Virus record (IMG/VR): IMGVR_UViG_2799112531_000001
Span: 1 to 40,095 of that record
Source of the DNA: a virus
Length of the DNA: 40,095 nt
Strand: one strand, 5' to 3'
The stretch's first letter is position 1. Every line of letters begins with the position of its first letter. Below, piece by piece: positions 30,566 to 40,095 of this stretch. The translations under genes were made by a program, and so were the position numbers. The notes below the pieces were generated by a model, which was not told where the DNA came from, ran no database searches, and saw only the letters and a list, made by a program, of their open reading frames with translations.

Positions 30566-32065
30566 TCAGATATAGCCTCTGGACCGCAGGATGTAGTAGG
30601 TCTCGGGGTTCTGGGCCGCCAGATACAAAGCCGCCGTGGAGGAATTCCCACCCACGCTGGCAAGCTGCCCGGTGTCGCCGTACCCTGCCAGCATATTGGC
30701 GATGTCGAAGCTGTTCTGCCACGCCTGCTGCTGGGCCGCGACCTGGTTCTGCCTGGTCTGCCGGTTGAAGTCCGCCACCTGCATATTAAGCTGGGCCTGC
30801 TGGACCGCCGTGTTGACCCGACTGGTCTGGGCGGTCTGATACTCCTGGAGCAGCGCCGCCGCCCGCTGGTAGTTGTTGTCCGCCACCGCCTGGGCGATCT
30901 GCTGCTGGTAGTTGTTGTAGAGCTGGGTCAGGTCGAAGTTGGCGTCCGCCAGGGCGTTGGCTTCGGCGGTATTGAGCTGGCCCAGACTATTCTGGAGCTG
31001 ATTGGAGAAGGCCAGGGCCGCCTGGCTCCGGTTCCCGGCGTTCAGGCCGTTGGCCGCCGCCTGTTCCCGGAAGGCCAGTTTCTCCCGTTCGTTGTCCGCC
31101 GCCGCCGCGTTCTTCTGGGTCTGATACAGGGCGGGGATTTTCGCCGCCTGATACTCCGCGTTGGCCCGGCTGTTGTTGTAGGAGGCCAGCAGTTGAGACA
31201 GGGAGGCGTCGTTGAGCCGGTCATAGACTGCGTTGGCCTCCTCGATCTGCGGCTCATAGACCGGCAAACCGATTTGGGCCAGCATATCCTGTTCCTGGGG
31301 CAGGATGGTCAGGTGGTTGCCGTCGCTGCCCAGAGAGTAGCCGTACTTGGCCCGGATGGCCTCCGCCTGGGCATTGATGTTGGCCCGCTCCGCCGCGCTC
31401 TTGGCGTTTACATAGTCCTGCTTGAGCTGGAGAATGAGGGCCTGGTCCGTGGCGGACAGGGTGTTTTGATCGTATGCGTTCAGGGTGATCCCCGCCCCCG
31501 TCTGGGCGGAAGCTCCGGGAAGAGCGGACCAGACAGAGGCCGGCGTGTTCTGCGGCGTCCCGATATACTGGGACCCGTCCGCCCCGCCGGAATACCCCTG
31601 CTGGGCCCGGATCAGCTCCGCCTGGGCGTGGGCGTTCTGCATCCCGGCGGTGTCCCCGGCGGCCTTGGCCGCGTTCCACTGGTTTTTCCAGTAGTCGATC
31701 TGCGCCGCCTGGTCCGCCGCCCGGAGCTCCGCGTCGTTGTAGGTCCCCTTGGGCGTATACCCGGCGTTCACCCCCGCCGTGCTGGTCCCGGTCCCCGTGG
31801 GCTTGCTCCCCGCCGCCTGGTTGATGGCGTTGACGGCGGCGGAGACCGCCCCGCCGGAGCTGCCCGAACTGCCGGAGCTGCCGGAACTCTTGGCCGCCAC
31901 CGCCTGATTGACGGCCCTGGCCGCCGCCGCAGACGCCCCGGAGCCGGAAGCGTAAGTGGTAGAGCCGCCTTTTGCGGCGGATGTCGTTTTGCTGCCGCTG
32001 CTTGCATTATACGTCTTGGTTGCGGCCTGCACCGCCGCCTTGGCCGCCGCTGTTGCGCTTGCCAT
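30566..32065 (-). CDS. A/Q/N/S-rich 499-aa protein, putative internal virion or ejection protein
   Basis: Low-complexity N-terminus. Two copies of a 40-aa module ending in GYSGGxDG, which is also present in the giant protein. Sits between the fibre genes and the giant gene. Confidence 0.6.
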   Translation of the reverse strand: MASATAAAKAAVQAATKTYNASSGSKTTSAAKGGSTTYASGSGASAAAARAVNQAVAAKSSGSSGSSGSSGGAVSAAVNAINQAAGSKPTGTGTSTAGVNAGYTPKGTYNDAELRAADQAAQIDYWKNQWNAAKAAGDTAGMQNAHAQAELIRAQQGYSGGADGSQYIGTPQNTPASVWSALPGASAQTGAGITLNAYDQNTLSATDQALILQLKQDYVNAKSAAERANINAQAEAIRAKYGYSLGSDGNHLTILPQEQDMLAQIGLPVYEPQIEEANAVYDRLNDASLSQLLASYNNSRANAEYQAAKIPALYQTQKNAAAADNEREKLAFREQAAANGLNAGNRSQAALAFSNQLQNSLGQLNTAEANALADANFDLTQLYNNYQQQIAQAVADNNYQRAAALLQEYQTAQTSRVNTAVQQAQLNMQVADFNRQTRQNQVAAQQQAWQNSFDIANMLAGYGDTGQLASVGGNSSTAALYLAAQNPETYYILRSRGYI

Positions 32066-32251
32066 GGTTGGTCACCATCCTTTCTTCTCCCGGACACTCA
32101 CCCGGGGTTACGCATCGTGGTGAATATACTCCTTGTATCTCTCCACACAGTCCAGGTCAATCAGAACCTGTTTCATCCTGCTTTTCGATTACGCCAAGCA
32201 ACTCAAAACATATGTTATTCTGCGTAGGGCTCACCGGTCGTCGCCTCCCAT

Positions 32252-33349
32252 TTACTCATTCGCCACCGTGTAATAACCGACAATGGGGTTGCCCCCTCCC
32301 ACGGTCAAAACGGCCATATTGTTGCCATTTGCGACAAGGGCAACGCCTGTATTGTTCTTAATAGCTGTTGCCGTAAGGTTAGTGATACCGTGTGCGTTCC
32401 CAAGAGATTCAGTTGCATAAAAGCGCAGTACATTGTTTTCCATATACGCCATAACATAAAGACCATTTGCATAAGCTAACCCAATCGGTGTAACCTGTGC
32501 AGACAAGATTTTACTTGCCGTAAAGGTCATACTGCCCGGAGTTCCATTAGAGTAATAAAGATATGTTCCATCGCTCTTTGTTCCTGCAATGACGAGATAA
32601 TCTCCCATCTGTGCGCAAACAGCAGAATTGAAGTTGTCAGCAATCTTAAACATTCCATGCACTGCAGTTTCTGAAAAACTTGATTTATAGGTGTAATACC
32701 CATTCAATGAAATAGCGACTGGATAACCTTTATATACACAGCATTTATATATATTCTGCGTTAATGAACCATGTTCTAATGTTCTATATGTGCCTGAACC
32801 ATCTCCGAATGCAGTAATTTTACTACCAAGCATTATCCAACTGTACACGCTATCAGGGTCAGATACAGCATCTGTAGCTTCGATGGTTTTTTTCCAACCT
32901 GCCCACGACGTATTGTTCCAACCTCCCTCTATTCTTGTTGGATTTCGTACATCCGTTGACTTTCCGAATATATACCACCAACTGCTGTCACTTGTGAATG
33001 CGATAGCATTTACGCTTGTATTTGTTCCGCTTTTTAGGTTTATATATGACCAAGAGGACAGGTTGGAGCTTCTTGCCACAATACCTTTACCGCTGCTGTC
33101 ATTTCCTCCAACATAGTAGTACCCTTTGTAGTAATAAAAACACTTCGGTGTAAAGGATGGACTGATAGTAGCCACAGAAACATTAGGAATAGTAATGCCG
33201 TATTTGTCTTTCAGTTTGCACGACATAATCTCTCGAAGCTTATCGGGGAATGTGTCGGCAACGATATTTGACGATGTGCCAAGCAGTTCACGAATTGCAT
33301 CTGCAATATCATCGAACAGAGACACCAATGTAATATGATTATTTGCCAT
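32252..33349 (-). CDS. Distal tail fibre / receptor-binding protein candidate (365 aa, low GC)
   Basis: ATG at 33349 with RBS AAGGAGGAAG. Follows the collagen-like fibre gene. S/T/Y/G-rich, beta-strand-like sequence. Visibly AT-richer than its neighbours. Confidence 0.55.
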   Translation of the reverse strand: MANNHITLVSLFDDIADAIRELLGTSSNIVADTFPDKLREIMSCKLKDKYGITIPNVSVATISPSFTPKCFYYYKGYYYVGGNDSSGKGIVARSSNLSSWSYINLKSGTNTSVNAIAFTSDSSWWYIFGKSTDVRNPTRIEGGWNNTSWAGWKKTIEATDAVSDPDSVYSWIMLGSKITAFGDGSGTYRTLEHGSLTQNIYKCCVYKGYPVAISLNGYYTYKSSFSETAVHGMFKIADNFNSAVCAQMGDYLVIAGTKSDGTYLYYSNGTPGSMTFTASKILSAQVTPIGLAYANGLYVMAYMENNVLRFYATESLGNAHGITNLTATAIKNNTGVALVANGNNMAVLTVGGGNPIVGYYTVANE

Positions 33350-33362
33350 TTTTTCTTCCTCC

Positions 33363-35012
33363 TTAATAACTTGCGGCAATCGCATTTCCGATAGCATTCT
33401 GGATTGCCGTGTTTACATTCGCCGTGGTCGGCTTGGCGTTCCAAGCCGTCCGCTCCGCCGCTGTGATGTGCTTGGTGTTGTCTCCGATGTGGTTGGTCAG
33501 GCTGGCTTCCACAGTGGGGAGTTCGACGAGGGCCTGGTTGAAAGCCGTTTCTGTCCCGGAATATCCCGCTTCGACAGCCGCCTGATAGGCACTCTTGCCG
33601 TCCTGGCCGGATACCCCCGCCGGCCCCTGGGGTCCTTCCGGTCCCGTTTCGCCCTGGGGTCCCTGGATGCCCTGGGCTCCTGTGTCGCCCTTCGGGCCCT
33701 GGGGGCCTGTCTCTCCGGTCTCGCCCTGGATACCCTGTTCACCCTGGATACCCTGGATACCCTGAGGACCTTGTGGGCCTGTGGGGCCTTGGGGTCCGGT
33801 TTCCCCCGGCTCCCCCTGTTCGCCCTGGATGCCCTGGATACCCTGAGGGCCCTGTGGACCGGTGGGGCCGGTCGCTCCGGTAGGGCCTTGTGGGCCCGTC
33901 TCTCCCTGGGGGCCTTGGGGACCTTGCAGCTTGCCCAGGCTCACCCAATCCGTTTCCAGCTCGGACCAGATGAAGATTTCGTCGTCCTCTGTCGTCACCT
34001 GATAGGCGTACTCATTGCCTGTGGGATAGGCCAGCTTCAAAGTGCCCAGGGTGGGGTAAATATCCTGGATGACAAAGGAACGGCCATCCGCACCGTCATT
34101 GCCCTGCAAACCCTGGGGCCCTCTGGGGCCTTGGGGTCCGGTGGGCCCGGCGGGGCCGGCGGGGCCGGTATCACCCTGGGGTCCCTGGATGCCCTGGGCT
34201 CCTTGCAGGCCTCTGGGGCCCGCTGCGCCGGTGGCGCCGGTATCGCCGGTATCGCCTTTTTCTCCCCGTGGGCCCTGAACACCTTGGAGCCCCCGGGGGC
34301 CGGTTGCCCCGGTAGCGCCGGTCTCCCCGGTGTCGCCCTTGTCCCCCTTGGGCCCCTGTACTCCGCGCACACCCTGGATACCCTGGGGCCCTCTCTCGCC
34401 CTGGGCTCCCTGCGCCCCCTGTACCCCCTGAGGGCCCTGGGGGCCCCGCACAGAGACAGAGCCCGGGGCGATGGCGGTGTCCTGGATGGTGAAGGACATG
34501 ATCCCGTTGGCGTCGATGGAGGGCACGATCACCGGGCCCGTCAGCCCCCGTTCCCCCTGGATGCCCTGAATACCCTGGTCCCCCTGGTCTCCCTTGTCGC
34601 CCTTGTCCCCCTTGATGCCGTGGACCACGGTCTCGATCCCGTTGTCCGTCACCTCGGAGTTGGTAAAGCGCATCCGGGCCCGCTGGGGCATCTGGTTCCC
34701 GTCCGGGTCCAGGATGATGTGGCCGGAGGAGGCAGTGGCGATCCAGGTCTCTCCGTTGGCGGAGACCTCGATCACGTCGTCGCTGTTGAGCCGAATATAC
34801 TGCACGGCGCTGTCTGCCGTCCGCAGCAGGTCCAGCACCCCCGCCGCCTCCAGGGCGGGGAGCAGCACCTCGTTCAGATAGGTCTGGATCGCCTTGCCAC
34901 CCTGGTCAAACTTAGCCTTCAGCTCTGCCGCCGTCAGGCCGCCTACGTCGTTGGGCTCGTCGTCCAACTGCTGGATAATGTTCAGATTGTCGTCGAGGGT
35001 CGGTAAAGACAT
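33363..35012 (-). CDS. Collagen-like tail fibre protein
   Basis: ATG at 35012 with RBS AAAGGAGGGGGA. Several long G-X-Y tracts ([22 protein letters not shown]...). The N-terminus ...[14 protein letters not shown]... is typical of Firmicutes phage fibres. Confidence 0.85.
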   Translation of the reverse strand: MSLPTLDDNLNIIQQLDDEPNDVGGLTAAELKAKFDQGGKAIQTYLNEVLLPALEAAGVLDLLRTADSAVQYIRLNSDDVIEVSANGETWIATASSGHIILDPDGNQMPQRARMRFTNSEVTDNGIETVVHGIKGDKGDKGDQGDQGIQGIQGERGLTGPVIVPSIDANGIMSFTIQDTAIAPGSVSVRGPQGPQGVQGAQGAQGERGPQGIQGVRGVQGPKGDKGDTGETGATGATGPRGLQGVQGPRGEKGDTGDTGATGAAGPRGLQGAQGIQGPQGDTGPAGPAGPTGPQGPRGPQGLQGNDGADGRSFVIQDIYPTLGTLKLAYPTGNEYAYQVTTEDDEIFIWSELETDWVSLGKLQGPQGPQGETGPQGPTGATGPTGPQGPQGIQGIQGEQGEPGETGPQGPTGPQGPQGIQGIQGEQGIQGETGETGPQGPKGDTGAQGIQGPQGETGPEGPQGPAGVSGQDGKSAYQAAVEAGYSGTETAFNQALVELPTVEASLTNHIGDNTKHITAAERTAWNAKPTTANVNTAIQNAIGNAIAASY

Positions 35013-35028
35013 CGTTCCCCCTCCTTTC

Positions 35029-37122
35029 TCACCGGGCATATCCGGTGTATCGGACCCGCAGGTCCGCGTTGAGTATGGTCACGGTGGTGTCCGCCGTGGT
35101 GGTGGAGAAGATCAGCTTGTAGTACACAAACTTCTTCGCCTTGATTTTCAGCCGCTTCTGGTGGGGCTTCCGGTTGGTGTTGAAGCTCCACGCCCGGAAG
35201 TCCGCCGCCGCAAAGGACACCAGGGAAGAGGCCACCAGCTTTTCCGTGTAGCTGGATTTTCGGTCCGTCTGGATGGTGACATACACTTCCCCGTGGGCCT
35301 CCGGCTTGATGCCCACCCACAGCATGGCGGAGTATTTCCGCATAAACTCCCGGTCAAAGGGGATGGACCCGGATTCCCAATAGCTGTCGATGGCCTTTCC
35401 GTTGTCCGTCCGGTTCCCATACTGGAAGGAGTTGATCCGCCCGGACCGGTCCCCGATGTACAGGTCCCCCCGGAAATTCACAAAGCAGGCCGCCGGGAAA
35501 TCCGTGTAGCAATACCAGGCGTCCGAGGCGTAGTTGTGGACCAGGGCCCTGCCGTCATAGCAGCAGTAAAATTCCTGGTTGTCGTTGTCGTCCCAGCAGA
35601 CGCAGGCCGCCAGGTCGAAGGAATCCAGGGTGGCGGTGATCCGGTCGGAGATTCGCTTCGCCTGCCGCTCGTCTACAGACAGATTGCTGGTATAGCTGGA
35701 AGCGTTCCGCCATTCATACAGCTCATGGCCGTGGAGGGTGTAGGGGGCGTTCAGCACCAGCCGGACCTGGCCCGGCGCAGCGTTGCCGATGCTCCGGTTC
35801 ACGGGGGTGGCGTAATAGACCGGGGTGGTCAGCCCGTCCGCCAGGGTCTCCACGCTGTATTGCACGGCGTAGGCGGAGTTGGTCTTGAACACCAGCAGCC
35901 GGGAATAGTGCCGGATGAGGGCCGTAATGGGGGTGTTGGCTTCCCCGATGACCAGCACGTTCATGTCGGGGAAGTAGTCCGCCCGGGCCTCCCCATCATA
36001 GTCCAGGCCCGAATAGATGGCCTGGTTGGTCCCGTCGCCGTAGAGAAAGACCCGGTTGTCGTTCTGCCCATTGAAGAGCTCGGAGAACCGCATGGTCTCC
36101 ACCTTGGCCCGGTCCGTCTCCGCCACGGAATAACCGATCTCGTAGCTGTTCACCGCCGCAGTTGGGGCGGTGGCAAAGGTCACGGTGCCGTTGGTCAGGT
36201 CCGTGGTGTAGTCCGCCGCCGGGATGTTGTTTCCCGTGGCCCGGTCCTTCACATAGTCGATGGAGGAGAGGGCCTTTTCCGGCAGGGCGAAGGTGACGAC
36301 GCTCCCGTCCGGGGAAATCCATACCCGCCGCTGGCCGCACAGTTTATTGATCTGCTCCAGGGTGGTCCCGCCGGCGGTCCCGGCAATGGAGACCGATACC
36401 AGAGGCCGGTATCCCGCCACCTCTCCGAAGGTGGTCCCGTCCCACTGGTAGTATTTTTTCCCGTTCATGATATAGAGCTGTTCGGAATAGCCGAACATGT
36501 GGACCTGGCCCGTGGTGTCCAGGGTGCCGATCTCCGTCTTGCACCAGTCCGCGCCGTCGTGGACCTTCCACAGCTTCCCGTCGCAGGCGGCCACCATGCA
36601 CTCGGTCCCCTTCACGTTCCCGGCCCACAGCCCCGCCACCTTGGAATCGGCGGAGGCGCTCACCGCTCGGACCCGCTTCATGGTCCAGGTATAGGCGTCC
36701 GTTTCCGGGTCGTAGTCCAGAGAGACCAGCTTCCACACGGCGTACTTGTTGTAGACCCAGTAATAGCCCACATAGTCCTGCCAGTTATCGAAGGTGACGG
36801 TCACCACGTCATCAGACGGCGCCACAAAGCCCTCCGCCGTGGCGGCGGCGCTCTGGTGCATCCGAAGCTGAGAGCAGATTTCTGTGTCCGTCCGTGCCGC
36901 CTCCGCCTCCCCCTCGGAGAGGGAATAGGTCTGCATCACGCCCACCATCTGGTCCATGCCGGGCCGGCGCTGGAGGTTGCCGTCTCTTGTCACCCGGAAG
37001 TTTCGGATGACCGACGCCTCCCCCAGGGCAAGCTTGGTGTCGCCGTCCGGGTTCTCGTTGAGCCCAAGCCACCGCAGGATGCGGTAGACCTTTTCATCCA
37101 GTTTGCCGGAGATATTCGCCAT
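35029..37122 (-). CDS. Large tail structural protein (697 aa; podovirus nozzle / tail tubular B-like candidate)
   Basis: Position between the adaptor-like gene and the fibres. W/Y/G-rich repeats suggest a beta-propeller-like fold. No HMM run. Confidence 0.45.
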   Translation of the reverse strand: MANISGKLDEKVYRILRWLGLNENPDGDTKLALGEASVIRNFRVTRDGNLQRRPGMDQMVGVMQTYSLSEGEAEAARTDTEICSQLRMHQSAAATAEGFVAPSDDVVTVTFDNWQDYVGYYWVYNKYAVWKLVSLDYDPETDAYTWTMKRVRAVSASADSKVAGLWAGNVKGTECMVAACDGKLWKVHDGADWCKTEIGTLDTTGQVHMFGYSEQLYIMNGKKYYQWDGTTFGEVAGYRPLVSVSIAGTAGGTTLEQINKLCGQRRVWISPDGSVVTFALPEKALSSIDYVKDRATGNNIPAADYTTDLTNGTVTFATAPTAAVNSYEIGYSVAETDRAKVETMRFSELFNGQNDNRVFLYGDGTNQAIYSGLDYDGEARADYFPDMNVLVIGEANTPITALIRHYSRLLVFKTNSAYAVQYSVETLADGLTTPVYYATPVNRSIGNAAPGQVRLVLNAPYTLHGHELYEWRNASSYTSNLSVDERQAKRISDRITATLDSFDLAACVCWDDNDNQEFYCCYDGRALVHNYASDAWYCYTDFPAACFVNFRGDLYIGDRSGRINSFQYGNRTDNGKAIDSYWESGSIPFDREFMRKYSAMLWVGIKPEAHGEVYVTIQTDRKSSYTEKLVASSLVSFAAADFRAWSFNTNRKPHQKRLKIKAKKFVYYKLIFSTTTADTTVTILNADLRVRYTGYAR

Positions 37123-37128
37123 GCCGCA

Positions 37129-37581
37129 TCACCACCTGGAAAACTCGTTGTACGGATGATGGAGCACGCCGTACACGTCCTCGATCTCTTCCGCCGTCTG
37201 GGGCAGCCCCTTTGCCAGCTTGTCTCGCAGCTCTTCATACCGCTGCTGGAGGAAGGAGGCCGCCGTGGGGTTCTCGTCCAGCAAAAGCTGGGCGGCCAGT
37301 CCGTAGGGCATCACCGTCTGGCAGATGTAGTCATCCAGGTCGATGATGTCCGTGAAGGTCTGGATCACAGCCACAATGGGCCGCTTTCCGTCCTCCGGGG
37401 TGGGGAAGGTGTCGCTGTAGGGGTAGAGCTCCCCCCGCAGCGCGTTCAGGATGAGCAAGGTCCTGACCTTGTACTCCCTGGTGTCGGAGGTGTCGGTCTC
37501 CCCGGAGGATTCGTTGACCTCATCCATCAGGCCCATGGCGATGTCGAAGACCCGCTGGGCGGTCGTAGTCGGTTCTGCCAT
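37129..37581 (-). CDS. Head-tail adaptor / head completion protein candidate (150 aa)
   Basis: Lies immediately downstream of the major capsid gene. Acidic, helical. Confidence 0.45.
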   Translation of the reverse strand: MAEPTTTAQRVFDIAMGLMDEVNESSGETDTSDTREYKVRTLLILNALRGELYPYSDTFPTPEDGKRPIVAVIQTFTDIIDLDDYICQTVMPYGLAAQLLLDENPTAASFLQQRYEELRDKLAKGLPQTAEEIEDVYGVLHHPYNEFSRW

Positions 37582-37600
37582 GTCAGGCCCTCCTTTCTTT

Positions 37601-37629
37601 CAAGAAAGGGGACGGCGAACGCCGCCCCC
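37601..37629 (-). terminator. Hairpin plus U-run just after the major capsid gene (attenuator-like)
   Basis: On the minus strand: GGGGGCGGCG-tt-CGCCGTCCCC followed by TTTCTTG. Confidence 0.55.
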
Positions 37630-37646
37630 TTCTGAGGTTGAAATGA

Positions 37647-38498
37647 TCAGGCCGTGGCGGTCTTAGACACATAGATGCCCTTGGCCTTGGTGTCCAGCAC
37701 GAAGCTGTCATAGATGTAGCGGCCTTCCACCACGTCGCCGTCCACGCCCATGGGGTTCTTGTGGACCCGGTAATTCTTCAGCTGCATGGCGTCAACCGTG
37801 GCGCCCTTGAGCTTGATGAAGAAGTTGATGTTGGCGGGGAAGATGGAGGAGGGGACCGTCACCACGTCCATGCCGTCGATCTGGCCCCGATAGCCCCGGC
37901 GGACGTTCTCGGTGGTGAGGGTGTCGCTGGAGCCGGTGACCACGTCGGACAGCTTGAACTTCACGAAGGTCAGCTCAGGAATGAACAGGGTCCGCCCCAC
38001 CTTGGGGACCTTCTCATTGCTCATCTGCGCGCCGGCCTCGAAGATCTTCTCCAGGATGTTGGTCTTGGTGACCACGCCGTCGTTGGAGGACAGTACGGAG
38101 AAACCGGTGGACAGACCATTGCCGGTCACCCACTTTGCCATGCGGTAGGTGTCGATCTCGGGGGTGATGACCTCGTCGATTTCCCGCTTCAGGCAGGCGT
38201 TGGCCTGCTTGATGTTGAACTGCTGGGCCTTGTTGCCCGCGTCGATGGAGAAGGTGAAGGCCTTGTCCTGGGTCAGGGTCATGGTCTGCACGGTGTCGCC
38301 CAGCTCGGTCAGGCTGCCGAAACGGGCGGTGCCGCTGCGGGTGTAGTTGGTGGTGGCGACGGTGTCGATCTTATAGATGGTGATCTTGTTCACGCCGTCG
38401 AAATCGTAGTCTTTGCCGACATATCTGTCAGTCAGGGAGCCCAGGGAAAACCGCTCCTGGACCTTCTTTGCATATTTTTCAGCCAGGTTAATAGCCAT
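37647..38498 (-). CDS. Major capsid protein
   Basis: 283 aa. Follows the scaffold gene. N-terminus MAINLAEKYAKKVQERFSLGS... resembles the major capsid proteins of small Firmicutes phages. Confidence 0.75.
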   Translation of the reverse strand: MAINLAEKYAKKVQERFSLGSLTDRYVGKDYDFDGVNKITIYKIDTVATTNYTRSGTARFGSLTELGDTVQTMTLTQDKAFTFSIDAGNKAQQFNIKQANACLKREIDEVITPEIDTYRMAKWVTGNGLSTGFSVLSSNDGVVTKTNILEKIFEAGAQMSNEKVPKVGRTLFIPELTFVKFKLSDVVTGSSDTLTTENVRRGYRGQIDGMDVVTVPSSIFPANINFFIKLKGATVDAMQLKNYRVHKNPMGVDGDVVEGRYIYDSFVLDTKAKGIYVSKTATA

Positions 38499-38541
38499 AG
38501 AATAGCACCGTTATCCTCTCTGCCCCCCGTAGGAGGCTCGG

Positions 38542-39423
38542 TCAGGTCCCGTCGTACCAGTCCTTGTCGATCCAGTCCAGGTCATCTTTCGATGTTCCTG
38601 CCGTGGTCTGGCTGCCGGTGCTCCGGGCCTGGTTGTTTTGATTCTGCTTCATGGTCTCGATCTCCCGGTCTTTCTCCGCCAGTTGCGCCCGGAGCTGCTT
38701 GGCCTCATAGACGGCGTAGGCGTCGCCCATGTCCTTGCCTGCGGCAAAGGCCTCCCATACCTCCTGGGGAATGTCCTTGGCGTCCAAATCCGGGTGATCC
38801 TGGATGAACCGGTCCATGCTGGCCTTCATTCGCGCCTGCTCCGCTGCCTGCTTCTGGCTCGTCTCGGTCTGACGGCTCATGCTTTGGCGTTCGGCCTCCA
38901 GGGCCTTGCGGTCCCGCTCCAGCTTGATCCGCTGGAGGGCCACCGTGTGGTCGATGCCCTCCCGCTCTGCCAGGATGTTGGCGCGGGTGGTGTCCATCAG
39001 CTCCTCCACGGTCATGTTGCTGGGCGCGGCCAGCTCCTTCAAAAAGGCTTCCAGCTCGGAAAGCCGTGCGCTCTCCGCTCTGGCCTGGTCCCGGTCTTCC
39101 CGGATGCGGTCGTAGTCCATGCCCTTCTGGGCCAGGGCAATGACCTCATCCCGTCCCACCTGTCGGGTCTCGTCCAGATGCTTCAGGGTGAAAAGCTGGT
39201 CTGCCTCCGCCTGTTCATCCTTCTGGTCTTCCGCTTCGGGGGCTTCTGCCTGGCCGACGTCCTCCTCCGGCGCCCGCTGGTCTGCGCTGCCGGTCTCTCC
39301 GCCGTCCTGGCCTGCTTCTTCGTTGTCGCGGATGTCGGAAAGGTCGATGTCGTCCCAATCGTCGTGCTCGGCTTCCGGGATAACAGCCTCTTCCATACCG
39401 GTGACATTGATGTTCTCTTCCAT
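38542..39423 (-). CDS. Scaffolding protein
   Basis: ATG at 39423 with RBS AGGAAGGAGA. Highly acidic N-terminus and long coiled-coil region. Lies directly upstream of the capsid gene. Confidence 0.7.
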   Translation of the reverse strand: MEENINVTGMEEAVIPEAEHDDWDDIDLSDIRDNEEAGQDGGETGSADQRAPEEDVGQAEAPEAEDQKDEQAEADQLFTLKHLDETRQVGRDEVIALAQKGMDYDRIREDRDQARAESARLSELEAFLKELAAPSNMTVEELMDTTRANILAEREGIDHTVALQRIKLERDRKALEAERQSMSRQTETSQKQAAEQARMKASMDRFIQDHPDLDAKDIPQEVWEAFAAGKDMGDAYAVYEAKQLRAQLAEKDREIETMKQNQNNQARSTGSQTTAGTSKDDLDWIDKDWYDGT

Positions 39424-39526
39424 GGGTATCTCCTTCCTGGGGTATGGTCGCCCCATCTACTATGTTGAGGCCCTGGTCTGGGCCTGTCTTGCAATGGTTC
39501 CAAACGCCCGAATCCGGGCGGAATGG

Positions 39527-40095
39527 TCAGTCCATCCCCAGCTTCTCCGCCGTCTCGTTGGCGTTCTTGTCTCCGGGGAGCAGGCCCAGCCGGCCCAGCA
39601 TGGCAACGACCTCTACCCGCTTGGCGGGGCGCTCCGGGGCGGAGCCGTCGGTAACATCCGCCTTGACGGCCTTCTGCCACCAGCCTTCTTCCCGGCTCCA
39701 GTCCGGTTCCGGCTGGACGCTCATGGCCTTAAGGGCCTTCCGCACCAGGACCAGGGCCTCCTGGTCTGTGAGGTTTTCGATGATGGTCTTGACTTCCTTC
39801 TCGGTCATGTCCGGTTCCTCCTTTTTCGGTTCGGGTTCCGCCTTTTTCTTCGGCGCCTTGATGATCCAATACAGCTTGACCTGCTGCTTGAATACCAGAT
39901 AATTCCCGTGGGTCCGTGCCATCCTGGTTGAGGCGGGGTCATTGATATACACCATGTTCCCCTCGATCTTCCATACCAGCACATAATGGCCGGAGCTGGT
40001 CCACAGGCCCTTGCCCATGCAGGCGATCACCAGGTCCCCGTTGTCCAGCGCCGCCTTGGCTTGGGCGTGATAGGGGCTGTTGGCGTTGCCGTAGA
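39527..40095 (-). CDS. Endolysin, 3' part (end of peptidase domain, K/E/P linker, C-terminal putative wall-binding domain); last 99 nt duplicate 1..99
   Basis: ORF-track protein ...GKGLWTSSGHYVLVWKIEGNMVYINDP... followed by linker KKKAEPEPKKEEP and a roughly 90-aa C-terminal domain. It joins the 1..385 frame. Confidence 0.8.
   Translation of the reverse strand, partial: YGNANSPYHAQAKAALDNGDLVIACMGKGLWTSSGHYVLVWKIEGNMVYINDPASTRMARTHGNYLVFKQQVKLYWIIKAPKKKAEPEPKKEEPDMTEKEVKTIIENLTDQEALVLVRKALKAMSVQPEPDWSREEGWWQKAVKADVTDGSAPERPAKRVEVVAMLGRLGLLPGDKNANETAEKLGMD
39997..40095. repeat. 99-bp terminal direct repeat, copy B (identical to 1..99)
   Basis: Read directly; see copy A. Confidence 0.95.

Larger units (their letters stand above)
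1..40095. mobile_element. Complete temperate phage genome (circular, about 39,996 bp unique)
   Basis: Contains integrase, CI/Cro switch, replication, packaging, capsid, tail-fibre and lysis genes. The two ends of the window are identical over 99 bp. Confidence 0.85.

Noticed and set aside
32066-32251. 22-aa micro-ORF (MKQVLIDLDCVERYKEYIHHDA) in the gap between the 499-aa gene and the distal fibre gene
   Set aside because: Very short with a weak RBS (GCAGG). It cannot be supported from sequence alone.
33363-35012. Collagen-repeat region as the variable region of a diversity-generating retroelement
   Set aside because: No reverse transcriptase gene and no template-repeat copy is visible in the genome. 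The repeats are ordinary G-X-Y coding repeats.
1-40095. Stop-codon reassignment (TAG or TGA recoding, as in some gut phages), prompted by the phage tRNA
   Set aside because: The tRNA anticodon is UUG (a normal Gln), and very long ORFs (7.9 kb, 2.1 kb, 1.8 kb) are intact under the standard code. Gene ends coincide with RBS-start signals of the next genes.

Overview
The window is one complete, circularly closed phage genome. Bases 1-99 are identical to 39997-40095, so the unique length is about 39,996 bp, and the linearisation point cuts through the endolysin gene. It is a temperate, high-GC, mosaic phage.

Minus strand, running 6629 -> 1 and wrapping 39996 -> 22685 (late genes):
- RHH regulator, terS, and an unusual 1.15-kb non-coding/tRNA island
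- terL, a TM protein and the portal
- lysis cassette: TM coiled-coil protein, holin, C39-like endolysin
- scaffold, major capsid, adaptor and a 697-aa tail (nozzle-like) protein
- collagen-like fibre and a low-GC distal fibre protein
- two ejection-type proteins, the last a 2621-aa polyvalent-type giant
- No tape-measure, tube or sheath genes are visible, so the architecture looks podovirus-like.

Rest of the genome:
- 6822-8415 (+): accessory operon including a J-domain protein
- 8597-12168: lysogeny module (tyrosine integrase, small moron, membrane Zn-motif protein, CI/LexA-like repressor, Cro-like protein)
- 12.2-13.7 kb: small ORFs controlled by a thrice-repeated 26-bp element
- 13360-22659 (+): early/replication operon (HTH proteins, P-loop ATPase, DUF669-like protein, replication organiser with an internal ori-like repeat field, DnaB, many small low-GC accessory genes, lipoprotein, RuvC-like resolvase)

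Most interesting points:
1. The giant virion protein carries a low-GC effector cassette (ART-like domain plus a possible nuclease-like domain).
2. The terS-terL island holds a consensus promoter, a structured leader/terminator, tRNA-Gln(UUG) and a repeat field.
3. Two arrays of helically phased AAGCAA repeats occur, one inside the replication gene and one after terL.
4. A 26-bp palindrome-centred element sits upstream of three small genes.
5. Lysogen-expressed candidates (membrane Zn-motif protein, basic moron) and a phage J-domain protein.

All functional calls rest on motifs read by eye. No database search, HMM or folding computation was possible.
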